From: Felis catus
Taxonomy: Eukaryota
Assembly (NCBI RefSeq): GCF_018350175.1
Contig: NC_058368.1
Span: forward strand, 6,510,001 to 6,574,000
Length of the DNA: 64,000 nt
Direction: 5' to 3'
The notes below the pieces were generated by a model. It saw only the letters and a list, made by a program, of their open reading frames with translations. It searched no databases and had not been told where the DNA came from. The position numbers were made by a program, and so were the translations under genes. How positions within the stretch are numbered: the first letter of the stretch is position 1; every line of letters begins with the position of its first letter. Below, piece after piece: positions 1-13,360 of this stretch.

Positions 1-407
1 AGCTCACCGAGGGTGGCTCACCAGAGACCCACCCGGCTGTGGACACAGCGCTCTCTACAGGAGTTCCTGGCTTGCTGCTCAAGGCTGGTAACAACTGCAC
101 ACGGGCCTGTGGTCCTTCAAAGGGTCAGAAGAAGAGTTGCAGCCGGGGTGGAGGCCAGCCCAAAATGAAAGGACAGAGACAAGTGAGCAAGTGGCCTGGG
201 AATCCCTTATTCCCATTCGAACACCCATGCCACACCCATTGAGTCAAGAATCAGGGGGCAGAACTTCTAAAAGCTCTGCTGGTGATTCTAATATGCAACC
301 GGGGGTTGAGAACTCTGCCTCTTTCCCCGCCCCATCCCCAACCCCCTTGGGGCAAAACGTTCTGTGAGTACAAAGGTGATTGTAGTTTCTTTCTGGGGAG
401 TGATACA

Positions 408-570
408 AGCGGATGGTCCCCGAACTTCAGCACGCATCAGAATTACCTGGCGGGCATGTTAAAACACAGATTTCTGGGGCCCACTCCCTGCATTTCTCAC
501 TCAGTTGGCCTGGGGCGGGGTCATAACCAACAAGTTTCCGGGTGTCACCGATGCAGCTGGTGGGGCCCAC
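408..570. mobile_element. MER5A-like hAT-Charlie DNA transposon fragment
   Basis: gcatcagaattacctgg...aaaacacagatttctggggcccac...tcagttggcctgggg motif. Confidence 0.7.
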
Positions 571-1004
571 CCTGGATGAGCCTCCGCTTTCTGCAAGGAA
601 GCATTTCTGCCCCCAGTCACTGTATTGGTCCTCACCCCGCCAAGAGGTGAGTCCCTCCCTCTGAGGTGAGGGGCGCAAGCCCGAAACAGAGCCCCCATTT
701 TAATGCATCTCATGGCCATTCATACAACTGGATTTCTGGTGGGGGTTGGAAAAGTGCTTGAGGAGTGGTCACAGATCACCCGGTGCACGACATTGGGAGC
801 TCTGGGTTTTCCCTCCTCCACCCCCCCACCCCCCACCCCCACTGCCTTGGAGCACAAACCCCTGATCTCAGCCTTTGGTGGGAGGAGAGAGCAGAGGGGT
901 TGACAGTCACAGGCTTAGGAATTCCGTTGCTTTTCATGCTGTCAGGTGGGTCACGAGCCCTTTATTTGCTCATCTCTCTGGACTTGACTTTTTAACATTT
1001 TTTT

Positions 1005-1211
1005 AGGTTGACATTTATTTATTTATTTATTTACGGAAAGAACGAGAGAGAGAGAGAAAGCAGGGGAGGGGCAGAGAGAGAGAGAGGGAGACAGAATCCC
1101 AAGCAGGGCGGAGCCTGATGGCGGGGTTCAGACGTCACAAACCCGTGAGATCGTGACTTGAGCCAAAGCCAAGAGACAGACGCTCAACCGACTGAGCCAC
1201 CCAGGCACCCC
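1005..1211 (-). mobile_element. Can-SINE (SINEC)
   Basis: Reverse complement of ggggtgcctgggtggctcagtcggttgagcgt head, (GA)n and T-rich tail. Confidence 0.93.
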
Positions 1212-1224
1212 TGAAAAATTTAAA

Positions 1225-1545
1225 TATGTTTTTATTTTTACTGTGGCAAAATCACACGCCATTTGCAATCGTCATCATTTTGAAGCATTCTGTTCGGTAG
1301 CATTAAGTACATTCCCATGGTTGTGCAACCGTGACTCTTCATCTCTAGAATTTTTCATCTTCCCAAACGGAGGCTCTGTATCCATTGAAAACGAACTCCC
1401 CATTCCCCCTCCCCTCAGCCCCTGGCGGCTACATTTCTCCTTGCTGTATCTGTGAATTTGACTCCTTCAGGTACCTCATATAAGCGGACTCATACAATAT
1501 TTGTCTTCTTTGTGCCTGATTTCTTTCACTTGGCATGATGTCTTC
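1225..1545 (-). mobile_element. Old L1 (L1M) 3' end fragment
   Basis: gcattaagtacattc...cctcagcccctggc...gtacctcatataagcgga motif. Confidence 0.8.
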
Positions 1546-2397
1546 AATTCTAAACCGGTTTTTGATCTCAGTCAGAATTATTATACCAGGATGGGGTCCG
1601 ACACAAAACTTTGGACTCAGAGGGTCCCAGTTTCGAGTCCTAGCTCTGCCTCCTTTGGTGATGTGATTTGGGACGATTTACTTCATATGCCTGGGCCTTA
1701 GTTTTCCCCAAACTCAATGAGGAAGTCTTATAATATCTATCTCATAAAGTAGCCAGCAGGACTACGGGACAACAAATATAGGACATATTAGGTAGTGAGA
1801 GCGAGCTAGCTCTCCCCCCAGCCTGGAGAAACAGCTCCAAGGGGTTAGGTGACCCTCCTTGGGGTGAGGTAGGGGAGTGGCTGTAGATACACAGGGTCCC
1901 ATCCTGAGTCACGCTGCCTCCTCCTGGGCTTGTGTTTTCTGTTTCCTGCAAGGCAGAAGCCTTGTTTCTACAAAGTGAGCTTGGCCAACATCCATGTCTG
2001 CAACGCTGGCGTGTGTAAAGAACTGCTTTTGCCTTTTAGAGTATTTTAAAATGAGCTATCTGCTCTGTTCTCCCCCCCCCCCCACCACTCTCTTGAGTTT
2101 AAAATGCAGTGCTAACAAAATATTTTTGGCATAGTAAGCATAATATATTGAATGGTTTTTATAAAGGATTAACGTAACTTGGAATCCTATTAAGCCTAAG
2201 AAAGCAGTTCTCATTAAGATTCCAAATTATGCCATGCAGTACAGTTTTTATGATGATTAGGATAGGCAAAATAGCAAGAAAGCAGAATTTTCTTGGCACA
2301 ATGCAAACTTGATATCATGATCACTTACAGCCATCTGTGGTTGTTCATGAGGCCTTGGGTACTGGGAAAAAGAGTGTCCTGGGTGCCCTGAGGCCAT

Positions 2398-2580
2398 GGT
2401 TCCCAATGTTGGCTGAACATGAGAATCACTTGGGGGGGATTTTGGAAATCTCAAATGCCCAGATAATGCAATTCCATCAGAATTCTGGGGGGGTGGGGGT
2501 GGGGGGGGTTGGATCCAGGAATCTGTATTATTTTTAAGTCCTCAGGTCATTCCAAGGTGCAGCCACTGTTGAGAACCCTG
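2398..2580. mobile_element. MER5A-like DNA transposon
   Basis: gaatcacttggggg...caggaatctgtatt...gtgcagccactgttgagaacc. Confidence 0.65.
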
Positions 2581-2609
2581 CTCAAGTCCCAGTGGTAACC
2601 CACTTGCCT

Positions 2610-3130
2610 TTCCTTTTATATTCTTCCTCATACAGATCTTGTACATATTTTGTTATATTTATACCTAAGTATCATTCTGGGGGATATTAATGTAAATGGT
2701 ATTATGTTTTTAATTTCAAATTTCACTTGTTCATTGTTGGTATATAAGAAAGTGATGAACTTTTGTGTATTAACCTTGTATCCTGCAACCTTGCTCTAAT
2801 TGTTAATTAGTTCCAGTAGGTTTTTCTCTTTTCTTTTTGACAATTCTTTCAGAGTTTCTACATGGATCGTCATGTCATCTATGAATAAGGACAATTTTAT
2901 GTCTTCCTTCCCAATCTGTATGCCCTGCCCCCCTTTCCTCGTCTTACCACATTATTTAGGACTTCCCGTACAATGTTGAAAGCAGTGGCGAGTGGAGATG
3001 TTCTTGCCTTGTTCCTGATCTTGGCATAAGATCATGAGGTTTTTACCATGAAGCATGATGTTAGCTGTAGGGTTTTGTTGATGTCCTTTACCAAGATGTG
3101 GAAGCTCACCTTCATTCCTAGTTTGCTGAG
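2610..3130 (-). mobile_element. Old L1 ORF2 fragment (antisense)
   Basis: tgtatcctgcaaccttgct...catgtcatct...cttgccttgttcctgatctt...attcctagtttgctgag. Confidence 0.85.
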
Positions 3131-3589
3131 GACAGATGTACTTTTGCAGCCACTTACAAACTGTCTCCCGTTAATTGAACCAAAGCTGTCACCCACTCAG
3201 TTTGCATGGGTGTGTGTGTCCGTGACTTAGTCTGTAGATAGGTTCTATCCCGTATAATCCTAATAATCATACTCTCGTTCATGCTACACTCATTCATTGA
3301 GTGTCTGTCATGTAGACACAGCATTAAACAGGATAGAACACACAGAACCTACACTGTTTCGTTTCTTTTCATTTGAATGAAATTGTCTTATTTTTTTTCT
3401 GATTGTAAACACGCTACCAGCAATACAGAAGAGATTACAGAATAAAAATAAAAATGTCTCTTACATACCACCCAAAGGCAGCCACTGTCAACAATTCTTT
3501 ACATGTTCGGCAATGGTTAAGAGTTTTTAATAGCAAAAAGAAAAATTAAATGAAATTGGGAACAGTGAGAGAGTCCAATTAAATTCTTT

Positions 3590-3835
3590 CAATTGATTTT
3601 TTTATTGGGATAAAATATGCATAACATAAAATTTATTCACAGTGTTGTACAGCCGTAGCCACTATGCACGTCCAGAACTTTTTTATCATCCCAAATAAAA
3701 ACCTCATACCCATTAAACACCAACTCCTCATTGTCCCCATACACCCAACTCTGGCAACTTCTGTTATACTTTCTGTCTCTATGAATTCACCTATTCTAGG
3801 TACCTCATATAAGTGGGATATACGATATTTGTCTG
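3590..3835 (-). mobile_element. Old L1 3' end fragment
   Basis: ccagaactttttt...ctttctgtctctatgaatt...ggtacctcatataagtgg. Confidence 0.8.
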
Positions 3836-3844
3836 TTAATATTT

Positions 3845-4037
3845 TTTTTATTTTTATTTTATAGAGAGGGTGCGTGGGAGCGGGGAAGAGGGACAAAGGG
3901 AGAGTGAGAGAGAATCTCAAGCAGGCTCCACGTTCAGCACACAGCCTGACACGGGGCTAGATCTTGTGACCCTAGGATCATGACCTGAGCTGAAATCAAG
4001 AGTTAAACATGCAACTGACTGAGCCACTCAGGCACCC
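3845..4037 (-). mobile_element. Can-SINE
   Basis: SINEC body flanked by the target-site duplication (TSD) ttgtctgttaatatttt. Confidence 0.93.
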
Positions 4038-4449
4038 TTGTCTGTTAATATTTTGACAACTAGCCACATAGGTATCTCTTTTGTATGTTTGCACAGGCAC
4101 ACACACAATTTTATATTTATTAAATATTTCGACTCATATGAGAATGTACCTTATCACATAATAATTTTCTATAATCTTCTTCATGTAAATAGATAGATAT
4201 ATATATTACATGGCATTCCACCGATGTCCTCTTGACATATATTTAAGATTCCTTCACCTTACTTTATTAAACAATGCTTACAATTATTGTCTTTGGATTT
4301 ATATCACTTTGCACTTGACTGATCATCGTTCGGGATAAATTCCTAGATGTGGACTATTTGGTGCAAGACTATGAACTAAATTTTCTTACATGTTGTCTTA
4401 AAAGCAATACATTTTCCCTGGGGCCAGTGGCTCTAGAACAGTTGGAAAT

Positions 4450-4480
<31 letters not shown>

Positions 4481-4550
4481 TCAATCTATCTATCTATCTA
4501 TCTTAAAATTTTTCCACAATGGCCAATTCAGGAAAATGATGTCTACACAT

Positions 4551-5025
4551 AGCTAGGACCCAAGGGTACAAGAACATCTGGCTCTGGGGGCCCCCAACAG
4601 ACCAGGCTGAGCCACTCACCGCTGAGAAAATCCAGACACAGAGAGATGAGCGGTAATGACACAAGAAAGGAATTTATTTCAATGAGGCCAACTAGGGGGA
4701 AGACAGAGGACAAGTGTCTCAGAGACTGCCTTCAAAGTGCTGACAGTACATCCAGGTTTATATTAGGAAAATATGGGACGAAGGTCAATGAGTATGTGCA
4801 GGTGGGCAGAGAAGGCCAAGTCCTCAGTGTCTTGGGGTCAGTCATGGGTGGAGTCTGCTGGCTCGGGGCACTCCTTATTACTTGAAGGGATAGTTTCCGT
4901 TCCCATAGGGGACTCTTTGCCATCTATGTCTTTTGCCTGAGTCAAGAGATAAGATGGAAAGAACTTAATCCATTAGAAGGTAGAAACAAAGGTCAAAATT
5001 GGTAGGTAATCGAAGTCCTCTTTCA
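4551..5025 (-). mobile_element. Probable solo ERV LTR (carnivore type)
   Basis: LTR-like layout: minus-strand AATAAA near 4674, TATA-like tttata near 4757, ends ...tttca. Subfamily not identified. Confidence 0.5.
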
Positions 5026-5504
5026 TACAGGCAAATGTGGTCCAAAATTAAAATACTAAAGTTTTATTCATGGAAAGAGTATACATTCTTACAAACAGAA
5101 TATATGTTTATGGAATAGAAGGGTGTTATTAGAAATGGATTAGCTTTTTTTTTTTAGCAACAAAAATATTAATATCTAGCAATATGAGGAGAGTTTGGAA
5201 TCTTCTTTATGAAATCAGATTAAGGGCTGCAGAGAGGTCATAGAGTCTGGATTTGAACAGGTTTGGTAGAAACAGTGTCACTTGTTGCTGTGGTTGACCG
5301 CGATTTATTTGTTAGATTTGCCAAAGGGAAGGTTAGGGGGAAATGAAGACGCGTGGCGTGTTACAGTGGAAAGAACATCAGAGAAAGTCGGACCAGGAAA
5401 CTCAAGTGCCACCAGGTGTTCTTCTAAAGGGGGACATTCTACTTCCCCACTCTGAACCTCTGTGTTTTCATCTGTCAAATAAGGGATTGAGCTAGAGGGT
5501 TGAG

Positions 5505-7508
5505 CTAATACCCTAGACTACATGGTTTAAACAACAGAAATTTATTATTTCACTGTTTTGGAACCTGGAAGTCCAAGATCAAAGTGCCAGCAGGAGTAGT
5601 GCCGGGTGAGAGCTCTCCCCTTGGGTTGCAGACGGCCACCTCCTTGCTGTGTCCTCACAGGACCTTTCACCGTGTGTGCATGCAAAGACAGAGAGTGAGA
5701 GAAGGGAGAACAAGTTCTCTGGTGTCTCTTCTTAGAAGAACACGACTCCTGTAAAATCCAGACTCCTCTCTTCTGACCTCGTTTAACCTTGATAACTTCC
5801 TCAGAGGCTCCATTTCCAAATACAATCACACTGGGGTTAGGGCTTCAACATGGGAATTTTGAGGGGACACAAACATTCGGTCCATAATATTTCCCCCAAG
5901 CCGCCTCACAAATTCAAGTCTTCTTCTCGCATGCAAAATACATTCATTCCGCCCCAACAGTCCCCCAAATCTTAACTCATTCCAGCATCAACTCTAAACT
6001 CTAAAGTCCAAATAGCATCTAAATCAGGTATGGATGAGACTTGAGGTAAGATTGTCTCTAGCTGTGAACCTGTGAAACCAGACACTTGTGCACTATGTGC
6101 TTCCAAAATACAATGGGACAGGCATAGGATAGACATTCCCACTCCAAAAGGGAGAAAAACCAGAGGGGTGAAAGGGGTGATGGGTCCTAAGCAAGTCCCA
6201 GATCTAGCAAGAGAAACCTCATTAGATCTCAAAGCTCACTCAAGAGTCTTTGGCTCAATGCCACAAGTCCAGACCCACGGGGGGTGCGGGGGTGGGGTGG
6301 GAGAGGTCCTGCCCTTGTGGCTCTGGGGAGTCATCCTGTCCCCCAGGCTTTGGGCAGAGACCAGCTGGCCTGTTGAAATCCAGGCAGTGGCCCCAGCTTT
6401 TGAAACGGAGGAGGCAGCTTGGAGGACCTGAATTGCCTTTCCCCTCTCCCGAAGAACAGTACACATTCATGCCTACACAGCCCAGATCCCACCATGTAAA
6501 AACCGAGAGTCTAACCCACAGCCTCCCGTCATTGGCTCCATCTTCTGCCAGGTCAGTTCAAACCAACAGTGTTTCTGCTCAAATGATCTCATAATCCCTT
6601 TCTCCAGGGAAAGCCCAGCCACACCCTTCTCTTCAGAACAAGCTTCCTTATTTTTTGCAAGATGGGCAGGCTGGGGGTTGTCCAAATATTGAAATTCTGG
6701 TCCCTTTTTTTTTTTTTTAATTTGAGAGAAGTTGCACGAGTGGGGGAAAGGGGCAGGGGGAGAGAGAAAGCACGAGTGGAAGAGGGAGAGGGCAGAGAGA
6801 GAGGGAGAGAGAATCTCAAGCAGGCTCCACATTCAGTGCAGAGCCTGACCTGGGGGCTCAATCTGATGACTTCGAGATCATGACCTGAGTCAATATCAAG
6901 AGTTGGTTGCTCAACTGACTGAGCCATCCAGGCGCCCCCTGGTTCTCATTTCCTTAACATTTCCTTCTTCGATTCATCTTCCTCCTCCTGCATTTTATGG
7001 TGAGTAGTTACGAGGACCCAGGCCGCACCTTCCACATTTTGCTTAAAAACCTCCTCAGCTAAATTTCCAATCTCATCACTTACCAGTTCTACCTTCCACA
7101 ACACGCTAGAACACAGCTCAGCCAAATTCTTTACCGCTTTGTAACAGGGACTGCCTCTCCTCTAGGGCTCAGTAACCTGTTCTCAGTAGCCCATTTTCAC
7201 TTCCATCTGAGACCTCCCAGATTGTCCTTAAACGTCCACATTCCCAGCAACGTTCTGTTCGTGGTTATTCGTTCTCTGAGAAGATGGGGACTTTCTCTCC
7301 AGCTCTCCTCTTTTCTTTCTGAGCCCTCCACAAAATTGCCTTTACCTTCCATATTTCTACCAATAATCCCATCGTGTCAATCTAGGTTCTTTCTAGCATG
7401 CACCTCAAAACCCCTCCAGCCTCTCTCTACCCATTATCTGGTCCCAAAGCCACTTCCACACCTTTAGATATTTTTTATAGCAGCACCCTACTTCCTGGTA
7501 CCAAAATC
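5505..7508 (-). mobile_element. MaLR MLT1 LTR (about 5505-5888) plus MLT1 internal region, interrupted by a SINE
   Basis: aaacaacagaaatttatt...ggaagtccaagatcaa...ggggacacaaacattc. Internal atgcaaaatacattcattcc...ctggtaccaaaatc. Confidence 0.8.
6705..6938 (-). mobile_element. Can-SINE
   Basis: SINEC consensus, reverse orientation. Confidence 0.93.
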
Positions 7509-8090
7509 TGTACTAGCAGGATTCTCCAAAGAAATTTATTTGTTTATTTGTTTTTAAATTCATTTATTATAAGGAATGGGCTCGTGTGATTATAGAGGCT
7601 GACAAGTCTCAAGCTCTTTGGGGGTAAATCGAAAGGCTGGAGACCCAGGAGAGTGGGCGGTGTGGTTCCAGTTTGAAAGCCATCAAGCTTGAGCCCCAGG
7701 AAGAGCCAATATTTCAGTTTGAGTCCAGAGGCAGAACGAAGAACTGATGTCTCAGCTCAGAAGCCATCAGATAGGACGATCTCCTTACTCTGCCTTTTGG
7801 TTCTATTAAGCTCTTCAAATGATTAGACAAGACCCACCCACATTGGCTTCTCAGCTCAGAGGCCATCAGTAGGAGGATCTCCTTACTCTGCCTTTTGGTT
7901 CTATTAAGCTCTTCAAATGATTAGACAAGACCCACCCACATTGGAAGAGCAATCCAATTTATTCAGTCTACCCATTCAGATGTTAATGTTATCCAGAATC
8001 ACTCTCACAGACACACCCAGAATAACGTTTGACCAAATATCTGGGCATCCCATGGCCTAGTCTAGTTGACGCATACAGTTTGTCATAACA
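7509..8090 (-). mobile_element. MLT2 (ERVL) LTR
   Basis: tttattataaggaat...cacagacacacccagaataac...gaccaaatatctggg...agttgac. Confidence 0.8.
7750..7944. repeat. Near-perfect tandem duplication of about 98 bp (2 copies) inside MLT2
   Basis: tctcagctcaga...gacccacccacattgg occurs twice, ending at 7846 and 7944. Confidence 0.95.
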
Positions 8091-8478
8091 GGGACCAAAT
8101 GGGATCCCCTTGGAGGGGAGTTGGGAGTGTTGTCAAAAGGTGATCCCATCACTTGCACTTTCAACTAGACAATCCTCTTGTCCCCTTGGCCCTTGGGCCT
8201 GCCCTAAATCCTTGTTTGGTCCACAACTTTCTTGTCTCTCTTCATTACAAAGAATCATTATATTGAGATCTTACTGTGTCTCATGAAAGCTGAATTTTTG
8301 TTCATTTTTCAAAACATTGTAGATGTGTTTGTGCCCATGAAATGCAATTTTACAAAGCAAAGAATGTAACTTCAGAGGAGGATTTATCATTGTTTCAGAA
8401 TGACACGTCGTGGACCCTCTGGGCTTCATTAACTCAATGACAAGAAAAGGGATTTTTTTTTTAAATAAATAGAGCTTT

Positions 8479-8702
8479 GGGGCACCTGGGTGCCTCAGTC
8501 AGTAAAATGTCCAGCTCTTGATTTCATCTCAGGTCATGATCTCACGGTTCATGAGATCGAGCCCCACGTCAGGCTCTGCGCTGACAGCACGAAGTCTGCT
8601 TGGGATTCTCTCTCTCCCTCTCTCTCTCTCTCTGCCCCTCCCCTGCTCGCACTCTCTCTCCCTCTCTCTCTCAAAATAAATAGATAAACATTTAAAAAAA
8701 AG
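8479..8702 (+). mobile_element. Can-SINE
   Basis: ggggcacctggg head, (CT)n, AATAAA tail. Confidence 0.93.
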
Positions 8703-8935
8703 GAGTGAAATTAACTTTAATGACATATTTTATTTAACCCAATATAGTATATCCAAAATAATATCATTTCAATGTACAATCAGTATAAAAACTTGCTGAG
8801 GTCTTTCACATTTTTTTCTCCACCAAGTCTTTAAAAGTCTGTGTGTGGGTACATGTGCCACACATCTCAGTGTAGAGGGGCCACATTCAAGTGACCAAGG
8901 GGTCACCCGTGACGGCAGCTCCTTTACCGGCCGGG
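8703..8935. mobile_element. MER3/MER33-like hAT-Charlie fragment
   Basis: gaaattaactttaatgacatattttatttaacccaatat...ccacattcaagtg. Confidence 0.65.
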
Positions 8936-10237
8936 GTAGCCCGCGAGCCTCTGGCCGTCACACACCTGCCGCATCCCAGGGCTCACCGCACTCAGATCCA
9001 CTGGCCTTCGTTCTCCCCCCTTCACTCATTAAGTCCTTTCCCACCCTACGGCCTTCACACCCAGGGATCCCTCTGCCTGGGGAGTTGCTGTCATTCACTC
9101 CACCATCGAAATAGTTCCCTCCTGCTCTTTGTTCTTATAGCACTTACGACGATTCATAATTACAAATCCATTTGTTTACTCAATGGCCATCTTCATGCTA
9201 AATAAAATCCGTACTTCATGAGCCCGGGGATTATTTCCATGTAGCCCAGGACTACCTATCAGGCGTCCCGTCTGCGAGGCACACAGGAGGTCCTCAACGT
9301 AACCTGTTGAAAGAATGACCCAATTTCTGAGAATCACTGATCCTCTCGTATTCTTCAAGATGTGAGATGCAACCTATTAGCATGAAATCAGTTGGGTGGG
9401 TCACAGGAACCATTAGGTAAAAGAAATAGAGTACAACGACTTGATGTGTGTACCGAGTGATGATGCGTGTGTCATGTATTTGTCCCTGTGAGTTGTGTTC
9501 AGACACGTGTGGCAGTGCTTGCCTAATCTGTGCTGAAATGCAGGCGGAGGGTGTCAGTTCACCCCGGGGGCAAGTGAGCCCCCCGTTCGTGGGCCTGTGG
9601 GGCCAGAGCTGGGGGTTTCTGCCCCCTTCCCTTAAGCTGTGGCCACACTGTAGTAGAGAAGCTGTCGGACTAGATGGTGATCAGTTTCCCCAGGGGGCCA
9701 TTCAGCAAGAAGAAGGTATTGACCTTGTCACTCTGTATGCTGGAGACCCCTGAGCGGAGCAGGGGGGTCACAGGCAGGCCTCAGTGCCTGCCCGTCAGAC
9801 CTCTTCAGGGACCAGGCTGAGCAGTCTCCTCACGTCTGTCCCGGGGATGGCTGTCCTGGGAAGCAAAAGAGTGACCCGGTTGCAAACTGAACTGCGAAGC
9901 ACGTCTCAAACTTCCAGATTAAAATCCTACAGAAGATATAGATATATATTTTTCACTTCAGTGCAGTTAGGCTAAGCATCAACAACAAAAAGATAATTGT
10001 TACTTGTTTGGAAATAGAGCAGTACTTTCTCTAAAAAAAAAAAACCCTATGGGACAAGGAAGAGATCATAGTGTAAATCAGAAAATACTTTAAATTATAA
10101 TTAAATAGTATATATCACAACTTTTAGGATGTAGCCAAAGCCATGCTTCAAAGTTTATAGCTTGAAAGGCTTGTATTGGACAGGAAGAAATGCTGAAAAT
10201 CAACGAGCTGAGAGTCTGTCTTAAGAAGTTTGAAAAA

Positions 10238-10459
10238 GGGGCGCCTGGGTGGCACAGTCGGTTAAGCGTCCGACTTCAGCTCAGGTCACGATCTCGCGGT
10301 CCGTGAGTTTGAGCCCCGCGTCGGGCTCTGGGCTGATGGCTCAGAGCCTGGAGCTTGTTTCCGATTCTGTGTCTCCCTCTCTCTCTGCCCCTCCCCCGTT
10401 CATGCTGTGTCTCTCTCTATCTCAAAAATAAATAAACGTTAAAAAAATTAAAAAAAAAA
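10238..10459 (+). mobile_element. Can-SINE (young felid type)
   Basis: Near-consensus, TSD aagaagtt(t/c)gaaaaag. Confidence 0.96.
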
Positions 10460-10699
10460 GAAGTTCGAAAAAGAATAGAAAAATAAAGCCACAGGCAGTA
10501 GAAGTAAGGATATAATAAGGGTAAAAGTCAAAAATAATGACTCAGAAAAATAAAAATACAGAAGAGGGTCACGAAAGACAAAGAGTGGTTCTTTGAGAAG
10601 ACTGATACGACTCAAAGTCTGTTAAAGAACAAAACAAAGTAAAACATTGATGTCAGGGATTACCAAGGGGATTTTGGTTAAAGAGCCCACCAGTCTTAT

Positions 10700-10901
10700 T
10701 TTTTTAAGGTTTTTATTTATTTTTTAGAGAGCGAGTGAGCATGCGTGCGTGTGTGGGGCAGAGGGAGAGGGAGGCAGAGGATCTGAAGCGAGTTCTGCCC
10801 TGACGGCAGACAGACAGATGCAGGGCCCGAACTCGTGAACCGTGAAATCATGACCTGAGCCGAAGTCGGACGCTTGACCAACCGAGCCCCCCAGGCGCCC
10901 C
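10700..10901 (-). mobile_element. Can-SINE
   Basis: SINEC consensus, reverse orientation. Confidence 0.92.
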
Positions 10902-11989
10902 GGCCCATCATCCTTAAAAAGATGATAAGGGATATGACGATACATTGGAAAATGGAGGTGAAGTGGACAAGTTCTGGAACCACAGCACGGGTTCAGCAAC
11001 ATTTTATCAAGAAGGAGAACATAACTTGTCGCCCTCGAGGGTTGCCTGTCTCTTGCTATGCTCTGGAATTCGGTCCTGGCAATGCCAGGGTGATGTACTT
11101 TAGAGAGATGCGATCTTGACACAAAATGGCCCACAGGACGGAGGACCTGTTCTGCTCAACGAGGCCCCCGTGGGGACGTCCACCACCCCCTGGATGGAAA
11201 ACACCCTGCCGTCCCCCCTGCCCATCCCCGAGCATAATCCCTCCTTATACTCCTCTCGCACCAATATAAAATCAGCTTAGTAAACCGGGCACACCGCCCA
11301 GAACGAGATAGCCCCAGCCTCGCAAACCTTTCCGTGGGGCACATATTCCCGGGACGAGGGCTTTAGGTACCTTCACGCTACGTAAGCGCGCAAGCCTTGC
11401 TTGCCCCAGATTGTGCGAGGACGCCACCAAGCCCGCACCCGGCCCCCCTTCTGGTGGCTTCTGGCATGTCCGGGAGCAGGCTCTTTAAGGGCAGTTTGCC
11501 CACGCAGAGCCTGCTTGCAAAGAATGCTAACCGAATGCTGCTGCAACACGGTTCCTGCCGGGCCAGGGACCTCTCCGTGTTCTGCAAAAAAAACCCAAAA
11601 AAACCCCAAACACGCAAAGCAGACTCACCCGGCTCAGCGTGACATCGAGAAGCATCGCTTTGGGCCCGGGGCCGCTTCCACGGATTCCTTCTTGCAGAGG
11701 AAGACCAGGCACATAGGTGGAGGCGGGCGGCCCTGTGCAGAGCCGCTGGCCCGAGCGCCCACGTCTAGCCTCAAAGTCAAAGTCTCCAAGCTCAGCGTTC
11801 CCCACGTGTGATGGGTGGATATCACCACTCTACTGAGCATACCTGGCTGAGCTCCGAACGCAAGGTATTCTTGGTTTCCTTATTTGAACCTCCCGTTCCC
11901 AACGTGCCTGCAAATGACAACTCGGCCGGCTTCCATGTCTTTTCAACTTTGGTTTACAAAAAAAAAAAAAAAATTTTTTTTTTGTCATT

Positions 11990-13360
11990 TTCATAGATTT
12001 TCCTCCAGAACGTTTTTGGGTTTACAAAAAGAGAAAGAGAAAAATTGCACAGGAAGTACAGAGAATCCCCCTATAACCCCTCTCCACCCACAGTTCTCCC
12101 TTGCAGACATCAGTAAGAGTTGATGAGCCATGGATACATTCTGATCAGCTGAAGTTCATGGTTTACATTAGGGTTCACTCTTGTCCATTCTATGAGTTTT
12201 GGTAAGCATGTCAACACGTACATCCACCATGATAGTATCCTACAGAATGGTTTCCCTGCCCTAAAGATCTTCTGTGTTCTACCTAGTCCTTCCTCCCCCC
12301 ACCCTAATGCCTAGCAACCATTGATGTTTTCTTTGTCTCCATGGTTTCGCCTTTTTGAAAAAGTCCTAGAGTTGGGATCATACAACCTGGAGCCTTTTTA
12401 GATTGACTTCTTTCACTGAGCAGTATGCATTTAAGGTTCCTCTGTTTTTTGTTTTGTTTTGTTTTGTTTTTGTTTTGTTTTTTGTTTTTTGTTTGGTGGC
12501 CTGAGATCATCACATTCCACACATTCCATTGTATGGATGCCTCTCAGTTTGTCCTATTAAGAGACACCTTAAGACTATACCTTCAGGGACCATTTCTATA
12601 GTTTGGCTAGGTGCACGAGTACCGTTCAATTGTGGGTAATCAGTAATACAGTTGCCATAAATATTCACGTGCCGGTTGTCTGTGTAAACATGTTTTCAGC
12701 TCCATTGAGTAAATACCTTGGAGTGTGGTTGTCAGATCATGTGGTCAGCCTGTGTTTAGCTTTGTACCACGTTGCTCAACTGTCTTCCAAAGTGGCTGGG
12801 CCATCTTGCATTCCCACCAGCCATGAACGAGAGCTCCTGTCCCACTACACCCTCACTAGCAGTTGGCGTTGTCAGTGTTCTGGATTTTGGGTTTCCTAAT
12901 AGGCATGTAGTGGTATCTCATTGCTGTCCCCATTTGCGATGACTGTTAACGATCTTTCATATGCTTATTTGCCACCTGCGTGACTTCTTTGGTGAGATGT
13001 CTATTCATGTCTTTTGCCCATTTTTAAATTGAGTCGTTTGTGTTCTTATTAAGTTTTAATGGTCCTTTGTATATTTGAGGTACAGGTGATTTGTCTCTCA
13101 TTCTCTAATAGTATCTGTTGCAGAGCAGAAGGTTTTCATTTTAATGAGGTCCAAATTACCGATGTTTTTCCTTTCGTGGATTGTGCTTTTGGTGTTATCT
13201 CAAAAAAGTCATCACCGAACCCAATATCACCTGGATTTTCTCCTGTGATGGCCTATAGAAGTTTTATAGTTTTGCATTTTACATTTAGGTCCATGATCCA
13301 CTTTAAGTTGGTTTTGGTGAAGGGTGTGAGTTCTGTGTCTAGATTAATTTTTTTGTCTGT
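11990..13360 (-). mobile_element. L1MC-like 3' region
   Basis: ggaagtacagagaatcccc...tttacattagggttcactctt...gtggtatctcattg...ttttacatttaggtccatgatcca. Confidence 0.85.

Larger units (their letters stand above)
9970..10980 (+). mobile_element. Old L1 ORF2 fragment interrupted by two SINEs
   Basis: ggatgtagccaaagccatgct...tggttctttgagaaga...gaagtggacaagttc. Confidence 0.65.

Noticed and set aside
10249..10431. Recurrent short ORFs such as MAQSVKRPTSAQV... throughout the window
   Set aside because: Translations of Can-SINE copies.
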